A stretch of 64,000 bases of DNA from NCBI RefSeq assembly GCF_000142905.1, contig NW_013657618.1, positions 149,086 through 213,085 of the forward strand, given 5' to 3'. The notes under the pieces were generated by a model. It ran no database searches. It had not been told where the DNA came from and saw nothing but the letters and a program-made list of their open reading frames with translations. Position 1 is the stretch's first letter. The number at the start of each line of letters is the position of its first letter. The DNA comes from Thecamonas trahens ATCC 50062. Taxonomy: Eukaryota; Protista; Apusomonadida. The position numbers and the translations under genes were made by a program. Positions 11,846 through 21,853 of this stretch are shown in pieces.

Positions 11846-13168
11846 CTACTCGTCGTCGTCGTCGTCGCCGCCGCCGCGGTTGCGCATGATCATGGAGGCG
11901 ACAAAGGCCGTGCCGGAGATGGCAAAGAGCGAGTGGTAGCCGGTGTGAAGTGCGCGGACAAACCAGCCGCGGAACCAGGTGGTGAGGCCTTCCTGGGCCA
12001 TGCGGGCGCGCATGACGGTCATGACGCTTTCGGACGACGAGGTGGCGCCCTGGATGACCGGGAGCAGGCGGTCGACAGGCATGGTGACCGAGACGGAGAG
12101 GACGCCGCCGAGGAATGTGATCATGCCGGACTCGGCATGGGTGAAGGGAGTGCCGTCCTCCTTGGCGAAGAACTTCTTGAGATAGAGGATGAGGGCAAAG
12201 CGCGAGCCCCAGTCGAGGGTCCGCTTGGCGACGCAGGCGGCCATGCCGGGCATGATGGCGCCGCGGATGAAGCCCTTGGCACGGACGTCCTCGTTCATGA
12301 CGCGGAACGAGAACTTGATCTCCTCCATTGGGCCCATGGGCGGGCGCGAGACGAGGGCCTTGTTGACCCGGGTCCGGGCGAGGAGGAGCGGCGAGATGAA
12401 GACACCCTGGGTGGCACCGGCGAGCGCGCCGGCCACCAGCTCGCCCTGATCCTTGGAGAGGAACGAGACATTGTCAAAGACGTTGTTGTAGAAGGTCTTG
12501 GCAAAGAGCAGGACGGCGCCCTTGGTGACACCGAGGACAACGCCCCAGGGAAGGAGGCCGGCCTCAAAGCCGATGATCTTGTCGGCGATGTTGCCCTTGA
12601 GCAGCTGGCGGACGAGGACCGGGTACGGGTTGGACGTCCGCTGCTTCTCCATCTTGAGGTTCTCGAGGAACAGGCCACCGGTGACCATCTCGGCTGCGTG
12701 AGCGGGTTAATGGGTGATCATGATGGCGGACGATGATGGTCATCCCGATGGCGTGCGGGGCGATGATCGACAGAGAACGTTGGTCGTCGAACAATTACCA
12801 CCATCCGCAGCGGGTGAGGCCGTGGCGGGGCATCCATGGGCGTAGCGGGAGAAAGGGGCCAGGGAATGGGATGAAAATAACATTAGCATGGAGATGAGTA
12901 AGTGATCATGACTAGTACCAAATATGGAAGCAAGTGGGCAGGTATTGCGTGTAGGGGAGGGCAAGAGGTGCAACGGCAAGGTGTGTGGTGGGCGGCAGGG
13001 TGGCTGCGGTTGGTGGCCGACGGACAGCAACGTACCGATGACCATTCCAGCGCCAATGGTGGCATTGAGCAGTGGCGAAGCACCGGCGACAGCAGCGGCA
13101 TGAGCGACCGGACGGCGGTACGAATCAGAGCCCTGACTCGGAGCAGCAGTGCCCGCAAGGTTAGACAT
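11846..13168 (-). CDS. Mitochondrial carrier family protein (Yhm2-like citrate/oxoglutarate carrier); intron 13035-12694; start may be upstream at 13216
   Basis: Carrier signatures PLLLARTRV and PVDRLLPVIQ. GTACGT donor and CAG acceptor (phase 1) join to give LLNATIGAGMVIAEMVTGGLFLENLK, resembling Yhm2 helix 1. Confidence 0.85.
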
Positions 13169-13659
13169 GGTCTGAGGAGGGCCCACACGCATCATCTCTT
13201 GCACAGTGCTCAGCATGATGCCTAAGGAGCGAGGCAGTGACGTGGACCGCTCTGAGTCTCTCTCTCCTCCTCCTCGCCGTTCGCCGCAAGGAGCATCGCT
13301 TGGCGCCATCAATATTAATGGTACCGCCATCGATTAATCTCAGTCGTCCTCGAACCAAATTTTTTGGTTTTCGCCGTCGTAGGTTGTCTTGGGCGGACAT
13401 TCTCTGCCCGAGACCGGGCGTAGGGATGTGGAAGCCGGAATACAAGGGATCGATGGATGGGAGGCAGAAGAGAGGCAGTGCGAGAATGATTAGGTGTCTG
13501 GAACCATGAAGAGGGGGAGGATATGGTGTGTGGCGGGCGTAGAAGGACGGCGAGGGTCTGGCTCTGCACGAGCACGTGGTCTTGCCGGCAGCCTTGCGGG
13601 CGCTGCTCAGCACATCAGAATCTGGGCTGAGATTGTTGCCAGTTGCGGACGATAGTCAA

Positions 13660-13965
13660 TTGTGATCACGACAACGATCACGATTATGGTCACCATCACG
13701 ATTATGACCACGATCACGATTGTGGTCACCATCACGATTACGACAACGATCACGATTGTGGTCACCATCACGATTATGACCACGATCTCGATTATGACCA
13801 CGATCACGATTATGACCGCGATCACGATTATGACCGCGATTATGACCACGATTGTCCTCGATTATGATCACGATTGTGGTCACGACAACGACCACGTTTG
13901 TAGTCACAATCACGATTACCACCGATTGCGACCACGATCACGATCACGATTACGACCACGATCAC
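13660..13965. repeat. Degenerate hexamer array (CACGAT/CACGAC/TATGAC) with about 54-bp higher-order repeats
   Basis: Read directly; lies between the divergent carrier and ATG12 genes. Confidence 0.9.
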
Positions 13966-14214
13966 CTACCCCTCGCCCCCACCACGCCAGACGACCTCCG
14001 TCCGTCCCGTGAGCTGTACCCCCCCCCTCCCCCCCCCTCCCCCCCCCTCCCCACCACCAACCACGATGACGACCACCTGACTCCCCCCCCTCCTTGTGTC
14101 CCCCCCGTACCCCCCTGCCCCCCTGCACCCCACACATTGTACCGTGTGCGTGTGCTTGACTGTGTGTGCTTGACTGTGTGTGGCTGTGCGTGTGTGTGTG
14201 TGTGTGTGTGGGGC

Positions 14215-15080
14215 ATGGCTTCCACAGGTCCTGCCGAAGGCATTGTGCCCCAGACACGGAGCATCACAGGTACGGACAAAGGAGAAGGGGGGAGGGGGGT
14301 AGGGAAGGGGGGGGGGGGGACTCACGGAGATGAGGATGTGTGGGACATGGATCAAACTGGACGGGCACTCTCTCGGTGGGACATGGATCAAACTGGACGG
14401 GCACTCTTTCGGTGGGACATGGATCAAACTGGACGGGCACTCTTTCGGTGGGACATGGATCAAACTGGACGGGCACTCTTTCGGTGGGACATGGATCAAA
14501 CTGGACGGGCACTCTTTCGGTGGGACATGGATCAAACTGGACGGGCACTCTTTCGGTGGGACATGGATCAAACTGGACGGACACTCTCTCGGTGGGACAT
14601 GGATCAAACTGGACGGGCACTCTTTCGGTGGGACATGGATCAAACTGGACGGGCACTCTTTCGGTGGGACATGGATCAAACTGGACGGGCACTCTCTCGG
14701 TGGGACATGGATCAAACTGGACGGGCACTCTCTCGGTGGGACATGGATCAAACTGGACGGGCACTCTCTCGGTGGGACATATCTCGGTGGAACATGGATT
14801 GGGGCGGATCTCAGACGACAAGGTGGTGATCAAGCTCAAGGCTGTCGGCTCAGCAAAGCTTCTCAAGCGCGACAAGTTCAAGGTCTCGGCGAGCAATGCA
14901 TTCTCACACGTCGTCGCCTTTCTCCGCAAGCAGCTGCATCTCGCGCCGGCCGACGCTCTGTTTGTATACGTTGACAAGTTTGCGCCGCCGCCTGATGCCA
15001 ACGTCGGCAAGCTGTTCCTCGCCTACGGTGACGTCAAGTACCTCGTCATCCACTACTGCAACAACCCCGCGTTTGGCTGA
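14215..15080 (+). CDS. ATG12: Ubiquitin-like autophagy protein ATG12; exons 14215-14269 and 14815-15080
   Basis: KVVIKLKAVG.A..LK..KFKV...FLRKQL...LFVYV..FAPPPD..VG.L...L.IHYC..PAFG with terminal Gly; GTACGG..CAG phase-1 intron. Confidence 0.95.
14341..14780 (+). repeat. Intronic 36-bp tandem repeat, 12 near-perfect copies (TGGGACATGGATCAAACTGGACGGGCACTCTYTCGG)
   Basis: 36-nt period read directly; no spacers. Confidence 0.98.
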
Positions 15081-15081
15081 T

Positions 15082-16161
15082 TCATTGAACGGATAGCACA
15101 TGGTACTTGGGCAGCCGCACCTCGTCCGACGCCACATGCGACGGCGACAGGCCAAGGAGGCCCACGCGGAGCCACCTGTCAATGAGGCCCCCCATCGCCT
15201 CGTCCTCGCAGTAGTTGGCGCTGCCGCGCGCGTGATGCAGCCAGTGGTACCGCCCGTCCACGCCCCACGGCAGCCACCACGGCGCAACATCGGCCGGAAT
15301 GTACAGCCCAGAGTGGTTGATCGCCGCCTGTACGTAGTTGGCCGCATACACCAACGTCACAGCCACCGGCGGAACAACTGGAAGAAATGCTAGCACGCCG
15401 ATGCGAAAGACAAGTCCCTCTACCACCACCCGCTCCACCCAGTGGTCGTCGATCGTCGCCGCGCACCATTGCGTGAGCGGAAGATGGTGGGTCTTGTGGA
15501 CCCAGACGTACATCTGCTTCCACGCGTGCATGCCCTCGTGCACCAGCGAGGCAAGCCCGTCATTCACCATTGCCACCACATACACCACCCCCACTACCAC
15601 CGCCCATCCCACAGCTTCATCCAGCACGCTCAGCAACCCGACCACCTCAACCCCACCCGCCATCGCCGCCGCCGTCGCCGTCTGCCCGTCCCAGCATTCG
15701 TCCAGCGCGCACCCGGCCAGCCTTCCCACCACCACTGTGGCATTGCGCCCGAGGCCAGCCAGCGCACACGCTGCCGATCCATCCGGCGGAACCTTGGCAA
15801 TGGTCTTCTCCATGGCCAGAGCCCAGAGCGCCGAGGCCGAGACCGCGCGCGTCATGGTCTCGCTCGCCAGAGCCCTCCAGGCGACCATCAGCGGAGCCTC
15901 CAGGAGCACCACATCGGCAACAACCGCCGGCAGTGGGCCGAGATACAGCGACCATCTGGGAGTTGTCGATGTCAACCGATACCGAGCCCATCGTCCGTCC
16001 ATGTCCACTACCGCCAGCACCAGCACTGTCGCCAGGTACGCCAAACACGGTCCGCCCGAGACAGCTGCCACAAAAGACGCCGAGCTCAACACGCTCTCGC
16101 TCCCACACCCGGCGACCACACACACAGCCAGCACCACACCAACCACTACGTTCTCGAGCAT
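15082..16161 (-). CDS. Fatty acid hydroxylase / sterol desaturase superfamily membrane di-iron enzyme
   Basis: His boxes HEGMH, HKTHH, NHSG, HWLHH plus hydrophobic segments. Confidence 0.9.
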   Translation of the reverse strand: MLENVVVGVVLAVCVVAGCGSESVLSSASFVAAVSGGPCLAYLATVLVLAVVDMDGRWARYRLTSTTPRWSLYLGPLPAVVADVVLLEAPLMVAWRALASETMTRAVSASALWALAMEKTIAKVPPDGSAACALAGLGRNATVVVGRLAGCALDECWDGQTATAAAMAGGVEVVGLLSVLDEAVGWAVVVGVVYVVAMVNDGLASLVHEGMHAWKQMYVWVHKTHHLPLTQWCAATIDDHWVERVVVEGLVFRIGVLAFLPVVPPVAVTLVYAANYVQAAINHSGLYIPADVAPWWLPWGVDGRYHWLHHARGSANYCEDEAMGGLIDRWLRVGLLGLSPSHVASDEVRLPKYHVLSVQ

Positions 16162-16731
16162 TGTCAGTCAGTCAAGTCTAACCCTCTTTCTGTCGTCTTC
16201 TCAGCTTCCTCTCCCCGCCAGCGGCTTGCAAAGCCACCTCTCGCTGCCGAGCCTCTCATCGCTGATTCGACCCGGTCCATGGCCACTGCCCAATTTGGCA
16301 GCTCGCTCTCCCGAGACCACAAGCATGCCACGTGCATCCGGACCTCTTCTCCCCACTCCCCTCCCTTACACCAATGGCCTCCACCGATGATGACTCTGCG
16401 GGCTGATACTCGTCGTGGTCCTGCCCGCAGTGCCATCGATCACCCTTATGCCCGCCCCGCCCCGTCTCCTCTCACCTCACCCTGCCATGAGAACCGCATT
16501 GGTAGCACATCGCGGCGGCTGGCACGGCGACCCGTGTGCACATGGGCGCCCATCGCAAACTCGCGCACACCCGAGATCAAGGTCGTCGACGTCGCGCACC
16601 GTTATCACGAGGGTGTGGATAGGTGGCTTCCTGCCCCTCTCGAGCCTGCCGTGTCAACGCCATCGGACGACCTCCTCCAGCCCTTGATCACACCTCTCTC
16701 TCCCGCTCTCCCGCTCTCCCGCTCTGCCACC

Positions 16732-17751
16732 ATGGATCGCCTCCCGGCCGAGCTCATCCATCGCATCGCCTACGCGAGCTCGGATGCCAAGACTGTTGTC
16801 GCCCTCGCTACCACCTGCCGCTCCTTTCACGCCATTCTCCTTGGCTCGCCGTATCTCCGTAACAAAGCCGCTGCGCTCATGGGCGCGTGTAGATGCGGGC
16901 GACTGGGGCTCTATTCCGCCGCCGCCCGCGCCCTCCGTCACATCGATGGTTCGCCCGACTCGGCGGCAACGCTCATCGCCGAGTGCATCTCGGAGCGAGG
17001 CCCCATCGATCCGGGCTGGCTCGACCTTGTCGCCGCCGCCGCCGACCTCTTTGCCTCTGGCCCTGCCGTCTCGGAGCGGAGCTTCTCGTTCCTTGTCCTG
17101 GAGATGATGAGCTGGGGCATCGAGTCCGAGGTGAGCACCATCGTTACGGCCATGACGCCGCATCTTGTTCCCCAGACCGCCTACAACCTTCTCCTCACCG
17201 CCGCCAGCCTGGGCTCTCCCAGCGGCATCTATGCTACGCTTCCTCTGGCTGCTCTCCCGGCCGCCGGCGACGATGCGGGCGACGAGCGGATGCTGGTCTC
17301 GCGTAAGCAACTCGAGATGGCGCTACGGGTGGCGGCGGAGGGCTCGTCGGAGGAGGTTGCGCTGGTCTTGCTGGATGCTTGCCTTCTCACGCTCTCACCC
17401 GCAGAGTGTACGCGGGTGCTGGCGGCGGCGGCTGGGTCGGACATGTCGGAGGTCGTCGCCATTCTGCTAGAGGACGGGAGGGCGGACCCGACGTACATCG
17501 ACAGCGCACCACTGCAGGTGGCGGCCGAACGCGGCTTTGTCGAGATTGTGGATTTGTTTCTGGCAGACTGTCGGGCTGACCCGGCGGCGGACGAGTCGGC
17601 GTCGCTGCGGTGGGCGACGCGGCGTGGGCACGTTGCTGTTGTCGCCGCCCTCATTGCCGACGGTCGGGTAGACGTCGGCGCGCGCAACGGAGAGGCGCTT
17701 GCGTCTGCGATTGAGCTCGGTAACACAGAGCTCATCGATCTCCTCACCTGA
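16732..17751 (+). CDS. Ankyrin-repeat protein with an N-terminal F-box-like motif
   Basis: MDRLPAELIHRIA...LATTCRSFHAI; C-terminal repeats such as APLQVAAERGFVEIVDLFLAD.RADP. Confidence 0.75.
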   Translation: MDRLPAELIHRIAYASSDAKTVVALATTCRSFHAILLGSPYLRNKAAALMGACRCGRLGLYSAAARALRHIDGSPDSAATLIAECISERGPIDPGWLDLVAAAADLFASGPAVSERSFSFLVLEMMSWGIESEVSTIVTAMTPHLVPQTAYNLLLTAASLGSPSGIYATLPLAALPAAGDDAGDERMLVSRKQLEMALRVAAEGSSEEVALVLLDACLLTLSPAECTRVLAAAAGSDMSEVVAILLEDGRADPTYIDSAPLQVAAERGFVEIVDLFLADCRADPAADESASLRWATRRGHVAVVAALIADGRVDVGARNGEALASAIELGNTELIDLLT

Positions 17752-17765
17752 GCTGCAATCTGCAT

Positions 17766-20700
17766 TTACTCGGCATGGGCCTGGACGGTGGCGACCCGGA
17801 AGGCGTCGCCAGAGAGGGCGACGTACATGCGCTGGCCGAGGGCGAGGCCGCCCTCCCACGGCAGGGCCTTGCGCTGGCGGATGATAAACTCGCGGGTGGC
17901 GGCGACAGCCTTGGCGCCGTTGTCCTCAAACACGGCGAGGACCGGGTCTCGGAGCGCGGTTGGCACGAGTCCGACCTCAGCAACGAGGACGTCGTCGAGG
18001 AGTGCCGCCATACCATCGGCGTCGCCCATCTTGTACAGCAGTGACGCCGCGAGCGCCACGTCGGCCTCGAGCTGGGAAAACGCAGCGAGAAAAGCGAGCG
18101 CCTGGGCCTCGAGCACGGCGCCTTGCGCATTGAGCTCAGCGGCGCGGGCCATGAGGCCCGGTCGCATGCTGCGCGACCCGCCGCTGTTCGCGGTGTAAGC
18201 GGCGCGGGCTTCAAAGGCCTGCGCGTTGACCGCATCGAGCTTGCGGAAGAGCTTGCGGCACTTTTTGACAACCGCCGCAAAGGTGGTGGCCGCGGCGCTG
18301 ACGTACGACAGCTGCGCGAGGCGGGCATCGGCAAAGAGGGCCTCGGCGGCGCGGGCCCAGAGGCACGGCAGGAGGAGCTGGACGAGGAGCGCCGGCGAGA
18401 GATGCTCCAGAAAAGCCAGCGCGTGCTCGGCCTGCTTCTCGCAGTCAAAGAGCGGCTCTTGCTCCCACATTGGTGCCGGCTGCGCCTTGTCCCACAGCCG
18501 CAGCCAGAGGTTGTCGCCGGCGTCACCGGCAAAGCGGACCGAGAGCGAACGGCTCTCCTCGTCAAAGTCGCGCGGCGAGTGCCATCGGACAAAGTCCTCC
18601 ACCACTGCACCCGGGTTTGCCGCCTTGAAGCCACACATGTCTGCATACAGTGACGCTGACTGCATCTCGGCCCGCTGATCAGCAGCCTTGGGCGAAGTTC
18701 CGAGCTGGAACAGCAGCTCCTCGAGCTCCTCCATCAGGTCCTCGGTCATAAAGTTGTGCACCGGTGCGAGCGGGACGTAGATGGCGGCATCGCCCGAGCC
18801 CGGCGCCGCGTGCAGCAACTCGCGCCGCGGCTCCATCGGCCACAGCGCGCCACGGCGAACAGCCGGCATGGGTGTGTCGGACGCGTCAAAGAACCCATCG
18901 CCGTCCGAGTCGGCACTGTCCCTGGCCCCGGCGTCAAGCGCGGCTGCAGAGGCGTTACCCTCAACAGAATACTCGACCGGGACCTCGTACTCGATGCCAG
19001 CAGTGTCGGCAAGGTGTGCGTAGAACTTGCGGGTGAGGATGGCAATGGCAACCATCTCAGTCTTCTGGGCGAGGACCGAGGCGCGGGTCTCGATGTGGAG
19101 GTTGGGCGGAAAGAGCGAGACCTGGACGTGGCCGCGGGCGGCGGCGGCGGCAGCTTGCGGAGTGGAGAACACGTCGTGGCGACAGAATGAGGGGAGGGCC
19201 GGGAGCCGCGGCATGCCCGGCAGCGGCTCGTCGGCCTCCCACGCGCGGCGAAGCTCGGCGGCAAACGCCTCCCAGACCATGGCCACACCCTTAACGCCGT
19301 AGTCGAGGACCGCGCCGGCAAGGTCGGCGACGAGCGAGCCGCGCGGGGCAGCCTTGAACGTCCCGGTGCCACACAGCGCCTCCAGAGGCGGCGGCAGTGG
19401 CGGGTCTGGCGACTGAGGCGCAACATTGGGCCGGTGCTGGAAAAGAGTCCGCATCAGCGAGCCGAGCTCGATCTGCGACGGGACGGTCGAAGGTGAGACG
19501 AGCTGCGAGGAGGAGGCACCGGCCATGGCAACAATGCGGTTGATGAGCGGTTTGGGCGTCCGGCGTGCGGCGGCAATAGCTGGCGGCGGCGGCGGCAGCA
19601 GCTCGGCAAGGGTGAGCACGGTCTGCGCGTCACGGAACGTGAGGAGCGCACCGTGGAGCGCGGCGGTCAGCCCACCGTCACTCTCGCGCGCTCGCTCCAG
19701 ACGCAGCGTCCACATCGGCGCCGCGCGCGGCTGGAGGTCCGAGTACCTCTCCGAGTCGACAAAGGTGTCGTGCGGAAACTGCGGCCAGGTGGTGAAGAGG
19801 TAGACGCCGAGGAGCGGGTCGGTGCCCGGCCCCCATAGCTGGAGCGAGGGCGCACCGTCGCCCCAGCCGCAGCGCCCAGGCACCGCAGCGCCGGGAGCGA
19901 CCGCACGCTTGGCCCGCCACGCCACCCACTCTGGGCCACGCACAAACGTGTACTGGATCGAGACAAGCGGGGCCGAGGCGTCGTCGCCGGCGGCACCCGG
20001 CGGGCGCGGCGGACGCGGGACGTTGGGCGGGAGGTGGCGCTGGGCAAAGAGCGCACCAAAAGCAGCGAGCAGGCCATCGAGATGCTGCGCAGCCGGCGGG
20101 ACGGTGGCCACCGCCGACGACTCCATGCGGAGGACGGCCGAGCCGTGGGCCATGTATCCAATGTACGCAGACTTGGCCGAGCCGTCGACGGGCACAAAGT
20201 GCGGGAGGGTACACGCAGCGTAGTCCATGGCGACTGTGAGCGCCGAGAGGAGCTCAGCAGCAAAGGCATAGTCCTTGACGGCATCATCGGGCTCGAGGAC
20301 GGCAAAGTCCTTGGTCCCAAACCACCGCGTAATGTCCGGCACGCGGTATGCAAAGTCGTCGCTCGGGTCCATGTACCCAATCATGGCCCGCGGAAAGTGC
20401 TCGGCCTCGGGCGGCGGGACCGGGAGCGAGCCCGGCGGTGAGCCAAAGACCACCGAGAGCGTCAGCATCTTGCCCTTGTACTCAACCGCGCCCGACGCCG
20501 TCGTGAGCGCGTCCGAGAGCTCCGAGAAGCCAAAGAGGCCCCACTCGCGGAGCAGCGCCTCGAGCTTGGCCACCAGCTTTTCAAACGGCGAGACGGTGGT
20601 AAAGTCGACGATCTCAAACGGCTCGTCGCCCACATCGCCAGAAGCAGCCATGGGGGATGCGGCACCACCGCTGTCGTCCGCGCTGTCGGCAGTCTGCGGG

Positions 20701-20927
20701 TGATTGGCAAGCAACTGTGACGTCGATGCCTTGTCATCATTTCCTTCATCTTTGATGGCAACAACCATCCTTTCATTCTCCTCGCTCAAGACGTCGATCA
20801 TGTCGTCCGTGCCCGTCTCCACCTCCAGCGACTGTCGCATTCCTTGTGTCGCCAAAGAACCCATGGCCAGGTCGTCACCACCGCCCAGGTCGTCGGCAGC
20901 CGCCACCGCATCCGCAGGCGCAGACAT
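17766..20927 (-). CDS. RAB3GAP1: Rab3 GTPase-activating protein catalytic subunit
   Basis: FEIVDFTTVSPFEKLV; MTED; L.ADMCGFKAANPGAVVEDFVRWHSPRD; LSVRF at the catalytic Arg position; REFI. Confidence 0.95.
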   Translation of the reverse strand: MSAPADAVAAADDLGGGDDLAMGSLATQGMRQSLEVETGTDDMIDVLSEENERMVVAIKDEGNDDKASTSQLLANHPQTADSADDSGGAASPMAASGDVGDEPFEIVDFTTVSPFEKLVAKLEALLREWGLFGFSELSDALTTASGAVEYKGKMLTLSVVFGSPPGSLPVPPPEAEHFPRAMIGYMDPSDDFAYRVPDITRWFGTKDFAVLEPDDAVKDYAFAAELLSALTVAMDYAACTLPHFVPVDGSAKSAYIGYMAHGSAVLRMESSAVATVPPAAQHLDGLLAAFGALFAQRHLPPNVPRPPRPPGAAGDDASAPLVSIQYTFVRGPEWVAWRAKRAVAPGAAVPGRCGWGDGAPSLQLWGPGTDPLLGVYLFTTWPQFPHDTFVDSERYSDLQPRAAPMWTLRLERARESDGGLTAALHGALLTFRDAQTVLTLAELLPPPPPAIAAARRTPKPLINRIVAMAGASSSQLVSPSTVPSQIELGSLMRTLFQHRPNVAPQSPDPPLPPPLEALCGTGTFKAAPRGSLVADLAGAVLDYGVKGVAMVWEAFAAELRRAWEADEPLPGMPRLPALPSFCRHDVFSTPQAAAAAARGHVQVSLFPPNLHIETRASVLAQKTEMVAIAILTRKFYAHLADTAGIEYEVPVEYSVEGNASAAALDAGARDSADSDGDGFFDASDTPMPAVRRGALWPMEPRRELLHAAPGSGDAAIYVPLAPVHNFMTEDLMEELEELLFQLGTSPKAADQRAEMQSASLYADMCGFKAANPGAVVEDFVRWHSPRDFDEESRSLSVRFAGDAGDNLWLRLWDKAQPAPMWEQEPLFDCEKQAEHALAFLEHLSPALLVQLLLPCLWARAAEALFADARLAQLSYVSAAATTFAAVVKKCRKLFRKLDAVNAQAFEARAAYTANSGGSRSMRPGLMARAAELNAQGAVLEAQALAFLAAFSQLEADVALAASLLYKMGDADGMAALLDDVLVAEVGLVPTALRDPVLAVFEDNGAKAVAATREFIIRQRKALPWEGGLALGQRMYVALSGDAFRVATVQAHAE

Positions 20928-20954
20928 GTATGTATGGATATCTGTGCGTATGTA

Positions 20955-20995
<41 letters not shown>

Positions 20996-21226
20996 GTGTG
21001 TATGTGGTGGAGGAGGGAGAGGTGGTGGTGGCGGTGTTGGTATGTGTGCGTGTGTGTCGTCGTCGTGGTCGTCGTGGCCGTGCCGCGATTGACACACGTT
21101 GCGACGTTTGCGGAGCGTCCCAGAGCGAGCGTGGCTTGCGCGATGGACGTATTTGTCCATTCCGCACCGCAAAGGGATACGGGATTCACTGTGTTGGGCA
21201 GTGCCTGGCTCGGCTCGGCATCATGT

Positions 21227-21835
21227 ACGGCATTATGTACGGCATCAATGACGGCATCAACGATGGTGTAAACGACGGGGGCAACGACGGCATTCTCCTA
21301 CGGCATCAGCTATATCATCAGCTACGGCAGCATCAAAAGCGTCATCTACGACATCAGCTATATCATCAGCTACGGCAGCATCAAAAGCGTCATCTACGAC
21401 ATCAGCTATATCATCAGCTACGGCAGCATCAAAAGCGTCATCTACGACATCAGCTATATCATCAGCTACGGCAGCATCAAAAGCGTCATCTACGACATCA
21501 GCTATATCATCAGCTACGGCAGCATCAAAAGCGTCATCTACGACATCAGCTATATCATCAGCTACGGCAGCATCAAAAGCGTCATCTACGACATCAGCTA
21601 TATCATCAGCTACGGCAGCATCAAAAGCGTCATCTACGACATCAGCTATATCATCAGCTACGGCAGCATCAATGACGGCATCAACGATGGTGTAAACGAC
21701 GGGGGCAACGACGGCATTCTCCTACGGCATCAGCTATATCATCAGCTACGGCAGCATCAAAAGCGTCATCTACGACATCAGCTATATCATCAGCTACGGC
21801 AGCATCAAAAGCGTCATCTACGACATCATCTACGG
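21227..21835. repeat. 48-bp minisatellite built from four 12-bp subunits (about 10 copies), interrupted by a duplicated ~62-bp block
   Basis: Unit CATCAGCTATAT-CATCAGCTACGG-CAGCATCAAAAG-CGTCATCTACGA; block repeated near 21242 and 21666. Confidence 0.97.
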
Positions 21836-21853
21836 CTCGCCGTTTTACTCGGA

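Noticed and set aside
14341-14780. 36-bp repeat as a CRISPR array or as a coding repeat
   Set aside because: Copies are head-to-tail with no spacers and there are no cas genes. It lies inside a phase-consistent ATG12 intron, and the long repeat ORFs arise because the unit lacks stop codons.
15442-16731. N-terminal 430 aa of the 769-aa ORF
   Set aside because: Mostly the antisense shadow of the hydroxylase gene; recognisable protein starts at 16732
21227-21835. His/Gln-rich ORF 20704-21675 or a CRISPR array
   Set aside because: Translation of a minisatellite overlapping the RAB3GAP1 start on the opposite strand; no spacers
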